Below are positions 1-9,861 of a stretch of DNA of 64,000 bases, in pieces. The translations under genes were made by a program, and so were the position numbers. Position 1 is the stretch's first letter. Every line of letters starts with the position of its first letter. Below the pieces are notes generated by a model. That model was not told where the DNA came from. It saw only the letters and a list, made by a program, of their open reading frames with translations, and made no database searches. Source of the stretch: an uncultured Gammaproteobacteria bacterium (lineage in GTDB: Bacteria; Pseudomonadota; Gammaproteobacteria; Pseudomonadales; Porticoccaceae); NCBI GenBank assembly GCA_942492235.1, contig CALODO010000004.1, forward strand, positions 85,571 to 149,570, given 5' to 3'.

Positions 1-24
1 GTATAATGGATACAGGGGCATAGC

Positions 25-933
25 GTGCTAAACATATTTCTTCATTTTGGACCGCATAAAACCGGTACTACCTCAATACAACAGTATCTCAGGAGAACGA
101 TTGGGTCTGACGCACCGAAAGTTAATTGGTACCCCGAAACTTCCGGTGCCAGCCCAGGTCATGTTGACATATTTAAAGATTTGAGCGGTCGCAACCCGCA
201 GTACCGAGGCTTATTAGAAGAGTATGTCGATTTAGCTAAATCAAATAATGTCGATAACCTAATTATAAGTCAGGAAGATTTCTGCACATCTGATCCAAAG
301 GTTTTCAAAAATATAAGGACGATCTGCTCGGGCCTCAAATTACATTTAATTTTGACTCATCGCTCTATTCGAGATCGTACTGTTTCACAGTGGCAAGAAC
401 GAATAAAACATGGTGGAAGGCACCCCATTGACGATTTGGGTCCGTCACTTTCGAGCAAGAGGTTCTCTACAACTCTAACGCAAGATATAGCCAGCCATTT
501 GCTCCCCGATCAAATATCGATCGTGACAAGTAGCCCGCAGGAACCAAATGATAAATTAATACAGCGCTTTATAGACTGCTTAGATATTGAAGAATATATT
601 AACAACTTTGGCAATGAAATCGATCCAGACGTTCGAATCAACACTAGCCACGGGCGCATTGAAACAGAGTTTATTCGACACCTAAACATTATGTCACAAT
701 ACCTTGACGATATAGCAATTGAGCACGACTACGAATTCATGAGACGGCAGTTGGTACAAACGATGCTGTCAAAACGCTGGAAAGACCGGTGCGAAAAAGT
801 CGCAATTAAGCTTCCTTCAAATTTGGAATGCCAAGTTGCTGCAATTGCAAAAGATACTTACGATAATTTATTTAGCGAGTTTCATAAAGGAAACATAGCT
901 GTCTTTGGCAACCTAAACCACTTATTAGATTAG
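25..933 (+). CDS. sulfotransferase-fold protein (putative carbohydrate sulfotransferase)
   Basis: 302-aa ORF with a GTG start a few nt after AGGGG. N-terminal HFGPHKTGTTSIQ resembles the PAPS 5'-phosphosulfate loop (K-x-G-T-T). THRSIRDRTVSQW resembles the 3'-phosphate motif (R..D..VS). Motif-level recognition only. Confidence 0.5.
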   Translation: MLNIFLHFGPHKTGTTSIQQYLRRTIGSDAPKVNWYPETSGASPGHVDIFKDLSGRNPQYRGLLEEYVDLAKSNNVDNLIISQEDFCTSDPKVFKNIRTICSGLKLHLILTHRSIRDRTVSQWQERIKHGGRHPIDDLGPSLSSKRFSTTLTQDIASHLLPDQISIVTSSPQEPNDKLIQRFIDCLDIEEYINNFGNEIDPDVRINTSHGRIETEFIRHLNIMSQYLDDIAIEHDYEFMRRQLVQTMLSKRWKDRCEKVAIKLPSNLECQVAAIAKDTYDNLFSEFHKGNIAVFGNLNHLLD

Positions 934-942
934 ATTAATCAA

Positions 943-2058
943 ATGAATAGCAGACCGATTCAAGTAGTAGCACCTGTTGCCCCAGACTTGGAGATATTAA
1001 ACCGTCTGAATAAAGAAATCATCGAATCGGGACAATATACCAACTTTGGCGATAAAGTGAGTGAACTTGAAGGGAAGCTTCGCCACTTACTAGGCCTTAG
1101 GTACCTGAGGCTTGTCAGTAATGGCACGGCAGCACTACAAATTATTTTATCTATGTTTGCCAAGAAAAATAGGCGATTTGTGATAACCACCCCATTCACA
1201 TTCCCTGCCACAGCTAGTGCAATTATCATGTCAGGTTACGAACCTTATTTTGTTGATATAAACCCTCAAACGTTAAACTTGGATCCCAGCCTTACAGCTC
1301 AGGCACTCAGGGAAATTGCGCCAGATACGGCAGCCATATTGCCCGTACATGTTTTCGGTAATCCCTGCGATCCAATCGAGTTTGAAAGCCTGTCAACCGA
1401 ATATGATGTGCCTTTGCTCTTCGACGCTTGCCACACATTCTCTGCAATTTACATGGGCAAGCCTCTATGTAGCTATGGCCAGGCAAGCGCTATGAGTTAT
1501 CACCCCACAAAGATTTTCCATTGCGGTGAAGGCGGCGGTGTCATCCTTGGAACTGGTTGCGATCATGAACTAGCAAGAGAATACATAAACTTCGGGTTTT
1601 CGAAGTCGGGGGAAATAAATGCCATCGCTGGCAATGCAAAAGTTTCCGAGTTCAATGCTGCTATCGGCTTGTCTGTCATAAACGCTATACCCAATGAGTT
1701 GGCTAAAAGAAAATCCATAGCAGCCATCTACACATCAAGTTTTGCTGATATCAACGAAATAAATTTTCAGCGTAAACCACAAAGTCATATTGATAACCAC
1801 CAATATTACCCGATACTGCTAGCAAACCGAATAAGAGAAAAGGTGATAAAAAAACTAAATACTAATAATATATTTCCAAGAAGATATTTTTCGCCATCAC
1901 TATGTGACACACGCTCCTACTCAAATTATTGCAAATATCCTTGCCTTAACTCTAAAGTCGCGTCACTGGAAACACTTTGTCTTCCGATATACGGAACCCT
2001 TCCTGAAGAAAAAGTTAAATTGATCGCTGACTTAGTAATAGAAGGTATTACAGATTGA
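943..2058 (+). CDS. DegT/DnrJ/EryC1/StrS-family PLP-dependent sugar aminotransferase
   Basis: 371-aa ORF. Family-typical layout with a NGTAALQ segment and the candidate PLP-lysine context SYHPTKIFHCGEGGG. Sits in a glycan operon. Confidence 0.85.
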   Translation: MNSRPIQVVAPVAPDLEILNRLNKEIIESGQYTNFGDKVSELEGKLRHLLGLRYLRLVSNGTAALQIILSMFAKKNRRFVITTPFTFPATASAIIMSGYEPYFVDINPQTLNLDPSLTAQALREIAPDTAAILPVHVFGNPCDPIEFESLSTEYDVPLLFDACHTFSAIYMGKPLCSYGQASAMSYHPTKIFHCGEGGGVILGTGCDHELAREYINFGFSKSGEINAIAGNAKVSEFNAAIGLSVINAIPNELAKRKSIAAIYTSSFADINEINFQRKPQSHIDNHQYYPILLANRIREKVIKKLNTNNIFPRRYFSPSLCDTRSYSNYCKYPCLNSKVASLETLCLPIYGTLPEEKVKLIADLVIEGITD

Positions 2059-2816
2059 AATCCTATGACTGCACTGTGCTTATAACTGCATATCAAGCCG
2101 CCGAAACAATAGAAGCGTGCGTAAGGTCAATATTCGCGCAACTAGTCGATGGATATCAGGCCCTGATACTTGTAGGGTACGATAAATCTCAAGACAGTAC
2201 ATTCAAAAAACTTGTCCAGTTAGCTGACGAATGCCCTAGTTGGGCAGAATTTCGAATTCTGATCAATTCGGAGCCAACAATAATTATTGACGACCAAAGG
2301 ACTGGCAGATCTAATTTTCTAAATTGTTATATGCACGCCAAAGGGAAAGCTGTACTCTTTTGTGATGGTGATGACTCCTGGGTAGATAAGGACAAACTCT
2401 CTTCCCAATTAAAGATAATAGAGCTAACGGGGAAAGCATCGTATACGCCGCCGGATGATCAATATCTTAAAACAAGACTCAACCCATTCCTTAATGGTAA
2501 TCATGTGCTTTTCTCAAGTCTTTGTATTCCCAACGGCTTATTGCTGGGCAACCAAGCCAAGAATGTTCGACTGCTAGATTGGTATATTGTCTGCTTGTGC
2601 CACCAAGGCCCGGGACTAAAGCGCACAAACCACAAGGTATTGTACTCCCCAAAAAAACCCGGTTTCTGGAGCGTACTATCTAAACAGCAGCGAATAAAAA
2701 GCACGCTGACCACAGCTTTTCATATGATTTCCATGGGCAACATTAGTCTTATGTATAAATTTTATTTATTAATATACATGACCAAACTCAAAATATTACT
2801 GATTACTAAATTTTGA
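2055..2816 (+). CDS. family-2 glycosyltransferase
   Basis: 253 aa. N-terminal VLITAYQAAETIEACVRSIFAQ and a DGDD acidic motif (FCDGDDSW). TTG start overlaps the upstream stop (TTGA). Paralogue of 4268-5203 (shared TGR[SA]NFL...DGDD block). Confidence 0.7.
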   Translation: MKSYDCTVLITAYQAAETIEACVRSIFAQLVDGYQALILVGYDKSQDSTFKKLVQLADECPSWAEFRILINSEPTIIIDDQRTGRSNFLNCYMHAKGKAVLFCDGDDSWVDKDKLSSQLKIIELTGKASYTPPDDQYLKTRLNPFLNGNHVLFSSLCIPNGLLLGNQAKNVRLLDWYIVCLCHQGPGLKRTNHKVLYSPKKPGFWSVLSKQQRIKSTLTTAFHMISMGNISLMYKFYLLIYMTKLKILLITKF

Positions 2817-3589
2817 AAAAACTCACATTATTGGTAAACGGTGTCCCCAGGTCAGGCACATCTGCTATTGGCCACGCTCTCGGTAATGGTAGTGAGTGCT
2901 CATACCGTTTTCAGCCTCTATATTCATACAAATACCGCAATAAAGCGCATTTATTTAAAGGTATCAATGGGCTAAATGCACTGATAAAAGATCTCGATCA
3001 CTGCGATGATAACTTTATCAGAAATGGCATGCCGGGAAGTGATTTAGATATATCTGAATCCGAGCTAACTAACACCATGGTTATTAAGCATGTCCGGTAT
3101 CACGAGTACCTTTCCGAATGGATAAAGCGGGAAAACACCAAATTGCTATGTATTATTCGCGACCCACGAGCCTGTATCTACTCACAAATTTCTATCAGCA
3201 AAGAATGGAAAGGCAGTTTAAAGGAGCACCCGGATTGGATTAATGCCCCTCATTTAAACTCAAATATCTCTCAATATTTTGGCCTATCTGGATGGCTTCG
3301 ATTTTGTTATATGGCTGAGGCCTTAAAATCAAACCACCCAAACAATGTAATAATACTACGGTACGAGGAGTTTAATAAAAACAATCAAATATTACACAAA
3401 ATTGCTGACAATCTAAAATTACCAGTATTCCTCGGCCCAGAGAAAGAAAAGATACACCCCAACAATTCCACCTACGACATCTCTTGCCGATCAAGTAAGT
3501 CGTGGGAAAATGGGCTCTCAATAAAAATTAGGAAAGAGATAGAATTCATAGTAACCAAACTAAACAAAGAGCTTTATCTATGCGACTAG
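2813..3589 (+). CDS. sulfotransferase family protein
   Basis: 258 aa. VNGVPRSGTSAIG (5'-PSB-like loop near the N-terminus) and IIRDPRACIYSQ (RDP..R..S 3'-PB-like motif). TTG start in a TTGA overlap with the upstream gene. Confidence 0.7.
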   Translation: MKKLTLLVNGVPRSGTSAIGHALGNGSECSYRFQPLYSYKYRNKAHLFKGINGLNALIKDLDHCDDNFIRNGMPGSDLDISESELTNTMVIKHVRYHEYLSEWIKRENTKLLCIIRDPRACIYSQISISKEWKGSLKEHPDWINAPHLNSNISQYFGLSGWLRFCYMAEALKSNHPNNVIILRYEEFNKNNQILHKIADNLKLPVFLGPEKEKIHPNNSTYDISCRSSKSWENGLSIKIRKEIEFIVTKLNKELYLCD

Positions 3590-4275
3590 GTATTTTACAA
3601 CCCTACTTTTTCCCCTATCTAGGGTACTATCAACTAGTAAATGATGTAGACCATTTAGTTTTTTTAGATGACGTTAAATATATTAAAAATGGCTGGCTTA
3701 ATCGAAATCAAATAAACTCCAAACAAGGTAAAGCATGGATAACTCTACAAGCAAAAAAATCAACATTGAGCCTTATTTCAACTTCTGAACCATCCAACCT
3801 AACATACGACTTAAGCAAAATATCAAAGACAATTAGTCAGACATACTCCAAAGCGCCGTATTTTAAAAATGGCATCAAATTCTTAGACGAGTTTATAGAC
3901 AAAACACATCACTATACTAGTCTGTCCAAAGTATCACAGGAAAGTATCATATCTGTGTTCGAATACCTAGGCATAAGGAAATCTTTTTCATGCTCATCTA
4001 CTTTGAGCACACCTGGTATCGCTCAAAGTCGCGTAATTGAAATATGCAAAATGATGGAGGCCGATAACTATACCAACCCAATAGGTGGGACGGCGCTCTA
4101 TGATAAAAATGAATTCAAAAATAATGGTATAACACTGTCTTTTCTAAGAAAAAAGGCCGTTTCTCTAAATAACACCCCGCATTACTGGGAAGATAACGCT
4201 TCGATTTTAGACCTGATCTTTCTATGTAATAAAAATGAACTAATTAATTTATTGGGCGAATACGATCATGAGTAA
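3580..4275 (+). CDS. WbqC-like family protein (uncharacterised O-antigen/glycan-modification enzyme)
   Basis: 231 aa. N-terminus MRLGILQPYFFPYLGYYQL is characteristic of the WbqC family. 10-nt overlap with the upstream gene and 8-nt overlap with the downstream gene. Confidence 0.7.
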   Translation: MRLGILQPYFFPYLGYYQLVNDVDHLVFLDDVKYIKNGWLNRNQINSKQGKAWITLQAKKSTLSLISTSEPSNLTYDLSKISKTISQTYSKAPYFKNGIKFLDEFIDKTHHYTSLSKVSQESIISVFEYLGIRKSFSCSSTLSTPGIAQSRVIEICKMMEADNYTNPIGGTALYDKNEFKNNGITLSFLRKKAVSLNNTPHYWEDNASILDLIFLCNKNELINLLGEYDHE

Positions 4276-5203
4276 CGACCCTATAATTTCAATATGTGTT
4301 ACTGCCTTTCAACATGAGGAATTTATTGAAGACTGTATATATTCTATCGTATCTCAAGAAATTAATTCCTGTATCGAAGTAATAATTGGTGTACAGCCTT
4401 TTGACAATACCGACAGAACGATAGATAAAGTTTATAATATGTACGCCCGCTATCCAGAATTAATAAAAATAGTACTACTACCATCCAATGTTAAACACAT
4501 TTATATGAACGGAAAAAAAACAGGTCGAGCAAACTTTCTACACACCTTCTCCTATGCGAGGGGGCGTTACGTTTGCTATCTGGATGGTGACGACTTTTAT
4601 GACAGATCTGACAAATTAAAGAAGCAATTCAAATTTTTAGAATCACACCCACAACATGTAGTTGCAACCCACGCAATTGTTAGCCAATCAGACAATCGAG
4701 ACCGCGCAGTTTACTGGAAACACCATCAAGACGGATTTACCCTAGACAATATTTGTGGTGGCCTGTATTTCCACCTATCATCTTGCATGTACCGTAATAT
4801 ATTCAAGGGAAACTTCCCCTTTGACTTCACTTTGCCTGGCACTGGAGACTTATATTTATTAATGCAATACCTGAAACATGGCTACGGATTCTATATGCCA
4901 ATTTTAGGATCAAGGTATAGAATACATGAAAACGGCCTGTATTCAGGTGTTAGCAACAAAGTGAAACGTAAGCGAATGGTTAGGAATTTGACGGTATATG
5001 CTAATACCGGACACTTCCCAAAACATGCGGAAAAACTTTTGTCGAGAGCTAAAAAAATTAATTTAGTTAGAGAGTACGACATATATCGCGCAAAGAATAA
5101 ACATATCGCAACTCTTTGTTTTCTTCTCAAGAATTGGCCGTTCGCTTTGACCAAGCTTAAAAATAGATTTCGCCGCATAATAAGGCGCCTATTAGTTTTA
5201 TGA
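4268..5203 (+). CDS. family-2 glycosyltransferase
   Basis: 311 aa. ISICVTAFQHEEFIEDCIYSIVSQ and a LDGDDFY motif. ATG overlaps the upstream stop. Confidence 0.75.
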   Translation: MSNDPIISICVTAFQHEEFIEDCIYSIVSQEINSCIEVIIGVQPFDNTDRTIDKVYNMYARYPELIKIVLLPSNVKHIYMNGKKTGRANFLHTFSYARGRYVCYLDGDDFYDRSDKLKKQFKFLESHPQHVVATHAIVSQSDNRDRAVYWKHHQDGFTLDNICGGLYFHLSSCMYRNIFKGNFPFDFTLPGTGDLYLLMQYLKHGYGFYMPILGSRYRIHENGLYSGVSNKVKRKRMVRNLTVYANTGHFPKHAEKLLSRAKKINLVREYDIYRAKNKHIATLCFLLKNWPFALTKLKNRFRRIIRRLLVL

Positions 5204-5344
5204 TGGTTTTTTGTTATATGCTTTCACTATTCTCGACTCTTTTTTTTACTATCCCCGATGACTACAACAGACCTTCAAAACACACAAACTTGGTCATTAA
5301 CTGTTTTTTTATTACTACTCATGCGACTAGGGGAAAATTAAGTA

Positions 5345-6760
5345 ATGGACAGTTCTATCAGTGGCCATATCCGCCCCTACGAATCGGAACTGAATATTCT
5401 CAAGCATGCCGTAGATGGCGTGCTGCTAATTCTAGTCTTAGTGCTGGCATGCTGGTTGTACCTCGATACCTGGGGAAAAAAATACACCATTGTGGCCATT
5501 AGCGGGGTAGCGCTTTTTTATATCACCGCAAAAATTAACAATCTCTATGTATCCTCGCGCTACCGCCGTGTCAGCCAGGAAATAACACCTTTATTGTATT
5601 CCTGGTTTAGCGCTTTCGCTGGGCTGTTGTTCCTGGGTTATGTGTTTAAGGTAACTCAGGATTACTCTAGAGTTGTGCTGGGCATCTGGTTTCTTGGCGC
5701 GCCACTTGCTTTGACACTGTGGCGAGCGCTGCTGAAATCAGGGTTAAACTACGGTCGGCGTCTGGGCTATAACACGCGCAGTGTCGTGATAGTCGGCACA
5801 GGGAAATCTGCTCAGCGCCTGGCCAGTAATATCCAGGACATGAGCTGGATAGGCCTCAAATTGTTAGGTTTTGTCTCCGAAAATGGTACCTGCCAGAACG
5901 ACAATCCGGATCAGGGCCCGGGCGGTGGCTTGCTCGGCGGATTAGACACTCTTTATGAAATGAAGGCGGCAGGTAAAGTCGATGTGGTATACCTTGCCCT
6001 GCCCGCCGATCAACACCGCCAGATAGATGAAATTCTGGAGGTTTTGTCGGATTCGACGGTGTCGACCTTTCTGGTACCAGACTTCGACCATTATGGCATA
6101 GCACAGGGCCGGTGGATTACCATTGGCGACACCCCCACTGTCAGTGTTGCCGAAACACCTATGCTGGGCTCGAGCGCCGGCGTGAAGCGATTAGAAGACT
6201 TAATTGTGGCAATTTTTGCCATCATCATCACAGCACCCCTTATGATAGTCATAGCCCTTGCTGTAAAGATGGACTCGAAAGGACCGATTTTATACAAACA
6301 GCGTAGGCATGGTTTAAATGGTCAGGAAATCTCTGTCTGGAAGTTCCGGAGCATGAAGTGCACCGATAAAGATTCGCCCTTCAAACAGGCCTGCAAAGAC
6401 GATCACCGTATTACTCGGCTTGGCAAATTCCTTCGCCGTACATCTATGGATGAATTACCCCAGTTCTTCAATGTACTAACTGGACAAATGTCTGTGGTCG
6501 GTCCCAGACCTCATGCTCTGGCACATAATGAAGAATACCGCGGCTCAATATGGGGGTATATGCAACGCCACAAGGTCAAGCCGGGCATCACCGGTCTGGC
6601 CCAGATCAATGGATACCGCGGTGAAACCGATACCCAGGAGAAGATGGAACAGCGCTTCAAATATGACATGGAGTATCTGAACAACTGGTCAATCTGGCTC
6701 GATCTGAAAATAATCGTACTTACGCCAATAGCCGTTATCCGTGCCAAAAATGCCCACTGA
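5345..6760 (+). CDS. polyprenyl-phosphate sugar-phosphate transferase (WcaJ/WbaP-type priming glycosyltransferase)
   Basis: 471 aa. N-terminal TM helices and a C-terminal bacterial sugar transferase domain (PILYKQRRHGLNGQEISVWKFRSM, DELPQFFNVLTGQMSVVGPRP). RBS AGGGGA lies upstream. Confidence 0.9.
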   Translation: MDSSISGHIRPYESELNILKHAVDGVLLILVLVLACWLYLDTWGKKYTIVAISGVALFYITAKINNLYVSSRYRRVSQEITPLLYSWFSAFAGLLFLGYVFKVTQDYSRVVLGIWFLGAPLALTLWRALLKSGLNYGRRLGYNTRSVVIVGTGKSAQRLASNIQDMSWIGLKLLGFVSENGTCQNDNPDQGPGGGLLGGLDTLYEMKAAGKVDVVYLALPADQHRQIDEILEVLSDSTVSTFLVPDFDHYGIAQGRWITIGDTPTVSVAETPMLGSSAGVKRLEDLIVAIFAIIITAPLMIVIALAVKMDSKGPILYKQRRHGLNGQEISVWKFRSMKCTDKDSPFKQACKDDHRITRLGKFLRRTSMDELPQFFNVLTGQMSVVGPRPHALAHNEEYRGSIWGYMQRHKVKPGITGLAQINGYRGETDTQEKMEQRFKYDMEYLNNWSIWLDLKIIVLTPIAVIRAKNAH

Positions 6761-6817
6761 GGCTTAAATTAAGCGGGTCTCGACAGCTCGCAATACCCTT
6801 TACCACCCAGTCTTTAC

Positions 6818-6847
6818 TTGTAGTCGCAAGTGTAAAGAAACTATAAT
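6818..6847 (+). promoter_or_regulatory. candidate sigma70 promoter of uvrA (TTGTAG-N18-TATAAT)
   Basis: Perfect TATAAT at 6842-6847, 30 nt before the uvrA ATG. Weak -35. An imperfect palindrome (6812-6837) overlaps the -35 region. Confidence 0.25.
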
Positions 6848-6877
6848 TTCCGGTTCGTTTGCTACCTGTTACGCCCT

Positions 6878-9820
6878 ATGAAATCCATCCAACTGCGCGG
6901 CGTACGTACGCATAATCTGAAGAATATCGACCTTGATCTGCCCAGGGATAAACTGACAGTCATTACCGGCCTGTCCGGCTCCGGCAAATCTTCTCTGGCC
7001 TTTGATACCCTGTATGCTGAGGGCCAACGTCGTTACGTTGAGTCGCTGTCGGCCTACGCTCGGCAGTTTTTGTCGATGATGGAAAAGCCTGACATTGATC
7101 ATATTGAAGGCCTGTCTCCGGCGATTTCTATTGAGCAAAAATCGACATCCCATAACCCCCGCTCTACCGTAGGCACCATTACTGAAATCTACGATTACCT
7201 GCGCCTGCTTTATGCCCGCGTCGGTGAACCCCGCTGCCCAGATCACAATGAAGCGTTGGAAGCACAGACCATTTCCCAGATGGTTGACCAGATCCTCGCC
7301 CTTGGCGAAGGCACGCGCTTACTCTTACTAGCGCCACTGGTACGAGAACGTAAGGGCGAACATTTGCACGTATTTGATCAGTTACGTGCCCAGGGCTTTA
7401 TCCGCTGTCGGATCGATAGTCAGGTCTACGAGCTGGACGAGTTACCAAAGCTGGAGAAAAACAAAAAGCACACCATTGAGGTAGTCGTTGACCGCATCAA
7501 AGTGCGGGCTGACCTGGCACTGCGCCTGTCTGAATCCGTCGAAACTGCCCTTGGCCAGTCAGAAGGATTAGTGCTAATCAGTTTTGTTGGGGATGAGAAA
7601 CCTGAGCTGGTTTTTTCTGCCCGCTTTGCCTGCCCGGTGTGTAATTACAGCATTAACGAATTAGAGCCGAGAGTCTTTTCATTTAACAACCCTTCCGGTG
7701 CCTGCTCGGGCTGCGACGGCCTGGGCATTAAACAATTTTTCGATGTAGGCCGGATTGTGCAGCACCCGGAAGCGACCTTATCGGAAGGGGCTATTCGGGG
7801 CTGGGACCGCCGCAACCTGTTTTATTTCAATATGCTGACATCACTGGCTGATCATTACGGTTTCGATATCGACACCCCCTTCGAGCGACTCACAACCCTA
7901 CAGCAGCAAAAGATTTTGTTCGGCAGCGGCAACGAAGAAATCACCTTTAACTACGTCAATGATCGCGGTACGGTGTACAAACGCACCCACCGCTTTGAAG
8001 GCATTATTCCTAATATGGAGCGGCGTTTTCGAGACACCGAATCCCAGTCAGTACGAGATGACCTGGGCAAATACCTCGATACCCAGAGTTGCCCGGAATG
8101 CAAAGGCCAACGCTTAAATAAAGCCGCCCGCCATGTCTTTGTCGATGAACGCTCCCTACCCGCCATCACGGCACAATCGGTTGGCGAGCTGAGCAAATAT
8201 TTCGAGTCTTTCGCACTACCCGGTCAAAAGGGAGAAATTGCCAACAAAATACTTAAGGAAATCCGTGATCGTCTGGTATTTCTTGTCGATGTGGGCCTCA
8301 ATTATCTAACGCTGGACCGCAGCGCCGAGACCCTTTCTGGTGGCGAGGCCCAGCGTATCCGTCTGGCCAGCCAGATTGGTGCGGGTTTGGTCGGTGTCAT
8401 GTATATCCTTGATGAACCTTCCATTGGTCTGCATCAACGGGATAACGAACGGCTACTCGCCACTCTGACCCGGCTAAGAGATTTGGGCAATACTGTTATC
8501 GTCGTCGAGCACGATGAGGAGGCCATCCAGGCTGCCGATCATATTATTGATGTAGGGCCCGGCGCTGGCGTCCATGGTGGCGAAATCATTGCCCAGGGTA
8601 AATTAGAGGATATTATTGCTGCCCCCCGCTCTCTCACCGGCGATTATCTTGCTGGACGAAGAAGCATTGAGCTGCCGAAGAAGCGTATTCAGACCAATCC
8701 GGACAAAATGCTCCGCCTTGAGGGCGCCACCGGCAATAACTTGTGCAATGTCGACCTGGAAATCCCCGTTGGCCTGTTTACCTGCATCACCGGTGTCTCG
8801 GGTTCGGGCAAGTCAACGTTGATTAACGAGACGCTCTACCCCCTCGCTGCCACAGTGCTTAACAAAGCCACAACCTTGAAGGCGGCTGCTCACCGGAACA
8901 TGGATGGCCTGCAACATCTCGATAAATGTGTCGATATCGATCAAAGCCCAATCGGGCGCACACCACGCTCTAACCCCGCAACCTATACTGGCATTTTCAC
9001 ACCAGTGCGAGAACTGTTCGCCGGCACTCAGGAGGCGCGATCACGGGGCTACAAGCCCGGTCGTTTCAGCTTTAACGTCAAAGGTGGCCGCTGCGAAGCC
9101 TGCCAGGGCGACGGGGTTAAAAAAGTCGAAATGCATTTTTTGCCGGATATTTATGTCACTTGCGATACCTGCCAGGGCAAGCGTTACAACCGGGAAACCC
9201 TTGAGATTCATTACAAGGGCAAAAATATCCACGAAGTCCTGGAAATGACGATAGAAAACGCCTATCCATTTTTCGAGGCGATTCCTTCCATCGCTGGCAA
9301 GCTGAAAACGCTAATGGATGTGGGTCTGTCCTATATAAAACTTGGGCAGTCGGCCACTACTTTGTCTGGCGGTGAAGCTCAACGAGTCAAATTATCCAGG
9401 GAATTATCGAAACGTGATACCGGCAAAACGCTCTATATTCTTGACGAACCGACCACGGGCTTGCACTTTCAGGATATAAAACAATTACTGGCAGTCCTGC
9501 ATCGCTTCCGGGACAACGGCAATACGGTAGTGGTCATCGAACATAATCTCGATGTGGTAAAAACTGCCGACTGGATTGTCGATCTCGGCCCCGAGGGGGG
9601 CAGTGGTGGCGGCAAAATTATCGCCACCGGTACGCCGGAAGACGTGGCAAAGTCGAAACGCTCTCACACTGGGCGCTTTCTTAAGTCGATCCTTAAGCCT
9701 GCACGCAGGGCTGCATCCAAAGCGGTATCAAAATCAAAGCTGAAAAAACCCAGAACAACAAAACCGTCGAAACAAAGAGTCGGGGCTAAAGCATCCACAG
9801 CCACCACCCCTCCCTTATAG
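6878..9820 (+). CDS. uvrA: excinuclease ABC subunit A
   Basis: 980 aa. Two ABC ATPase modules ([20 protein letters not shown]; LSGGEAQR twice) and zinc-finger cysteines. Collinear with E. coli UvrA apart from a 41-aa basic C-terminal tail. Confidence 0.97.
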   Translation: MKSIQLRGVRTHNLKNIDLDLPRDKLTVITGLSGSGKSSLAFDTLYAEGQRRYVESLSAYARQFLSMMEKPDIDHIEGLSPAISIEQKSTSHNPRSTVGTITEIYDYLRLLYARVGEPRCPDHNEALEAQTISQMVDQILALGEGTRLLLLAPLVRERKGEHLHVFDQLRAQGFIRCRIDSQVYELDELPKLEKNKKHTIEVVVDRIKVRADLALRLSESVETALGQSEGLVLISFVGDEKPELVFSARFACPVCNYSINELEPRVFSFNNPSGACSGCDGLGIKQFFDVGRIVQHPEATLSEGAIRGWDRRNLFYFNMLTSLADHYGFDIDTPFERLTTLQQQKILFGSGNEEITFNYVNDRGTVYKRTHRFEGIIPNMERRFRDTESQSVRDDLGKYLDTQSCPECKGQRLNKAARHVFVDERSLPAITAQSVGELSKYFESFALPGQKGEIANKILKEIRDRLVFLVDVGLNYLTLDRSAETLSGGEAQRIRLASQIGAGLVGVMYILDEPSIGLHQRDNERLLATLTRLRDLGNTVIVVEHDEEAIQAADHIIDVGPGAGVHGGEIIAQGKLEDIIAAPRSLTGDYLAGRRSIELPKKRIQTNPDKMLRLEGATGNNLCNVDLEIPVGLFTCITGVSGSGKSTLINETLYPLAATVLNKATTLKAAAHRNMDGLQHLDKCVDIDQSPIGRTPRSNPATYTGIFTPVRELFAGTQEARSRGYKPGRFSFNVKGGRCEACQGDGVKKVEMHFLPDIYVTCDTCQGKRYNRETLEIHYKGKNIHEVLEMTIENAYPFFEAIPSIAGKLKTLMDVGLSYIKLGQSATTLSGGEAQRVKLSRELSKRDTGKTLYILDEPTTGLHFQDIKQLLAVLHRFRDNGNTVVVIEHNLDVVKTADWIVDLGPEGGSGGGKIIATGTPEDVAKSKRSHTGRFLKSILKPARRAASKAVSKSKLKKPRTTKPSKQRVGAKASTATTPPL

Positions 9821-9861
9821 CGCTCTGTCCTGTAGCTTCTGCCTGTGGCAACATTCCCGCT

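Noticed and set aside
5200-5502. 100-aa ORF starting in an ATGA overlap with the GT2 stop and running into the priming transferase gene
   Set aside because: The ATGA overlap is suggestive and the first ~20 residues are hydrophobic. However, the ORF overlaps the well-supported start of the sugar transferase (AGGGGA RBS, conserved N-terminus) by about 160 nt in another frame, and it has no recognisable family. At most a short leader peptide is possible, and that cannot be supported from sequence alone.
6761-6877. Expected LexA (SOS) box upstream of uvrA
   Set aside because: I looked for the gammaproteobacterial CTGT-N8-ACAG motif and found none. The only CTGT is followed by ...ATGA. The imperfect palindrome at 6812-6837 (ACTTG-N6-CAAGT / CTTTAC...GTAAAG) does not match the LexA consensus, so no SOS operator is claimed.
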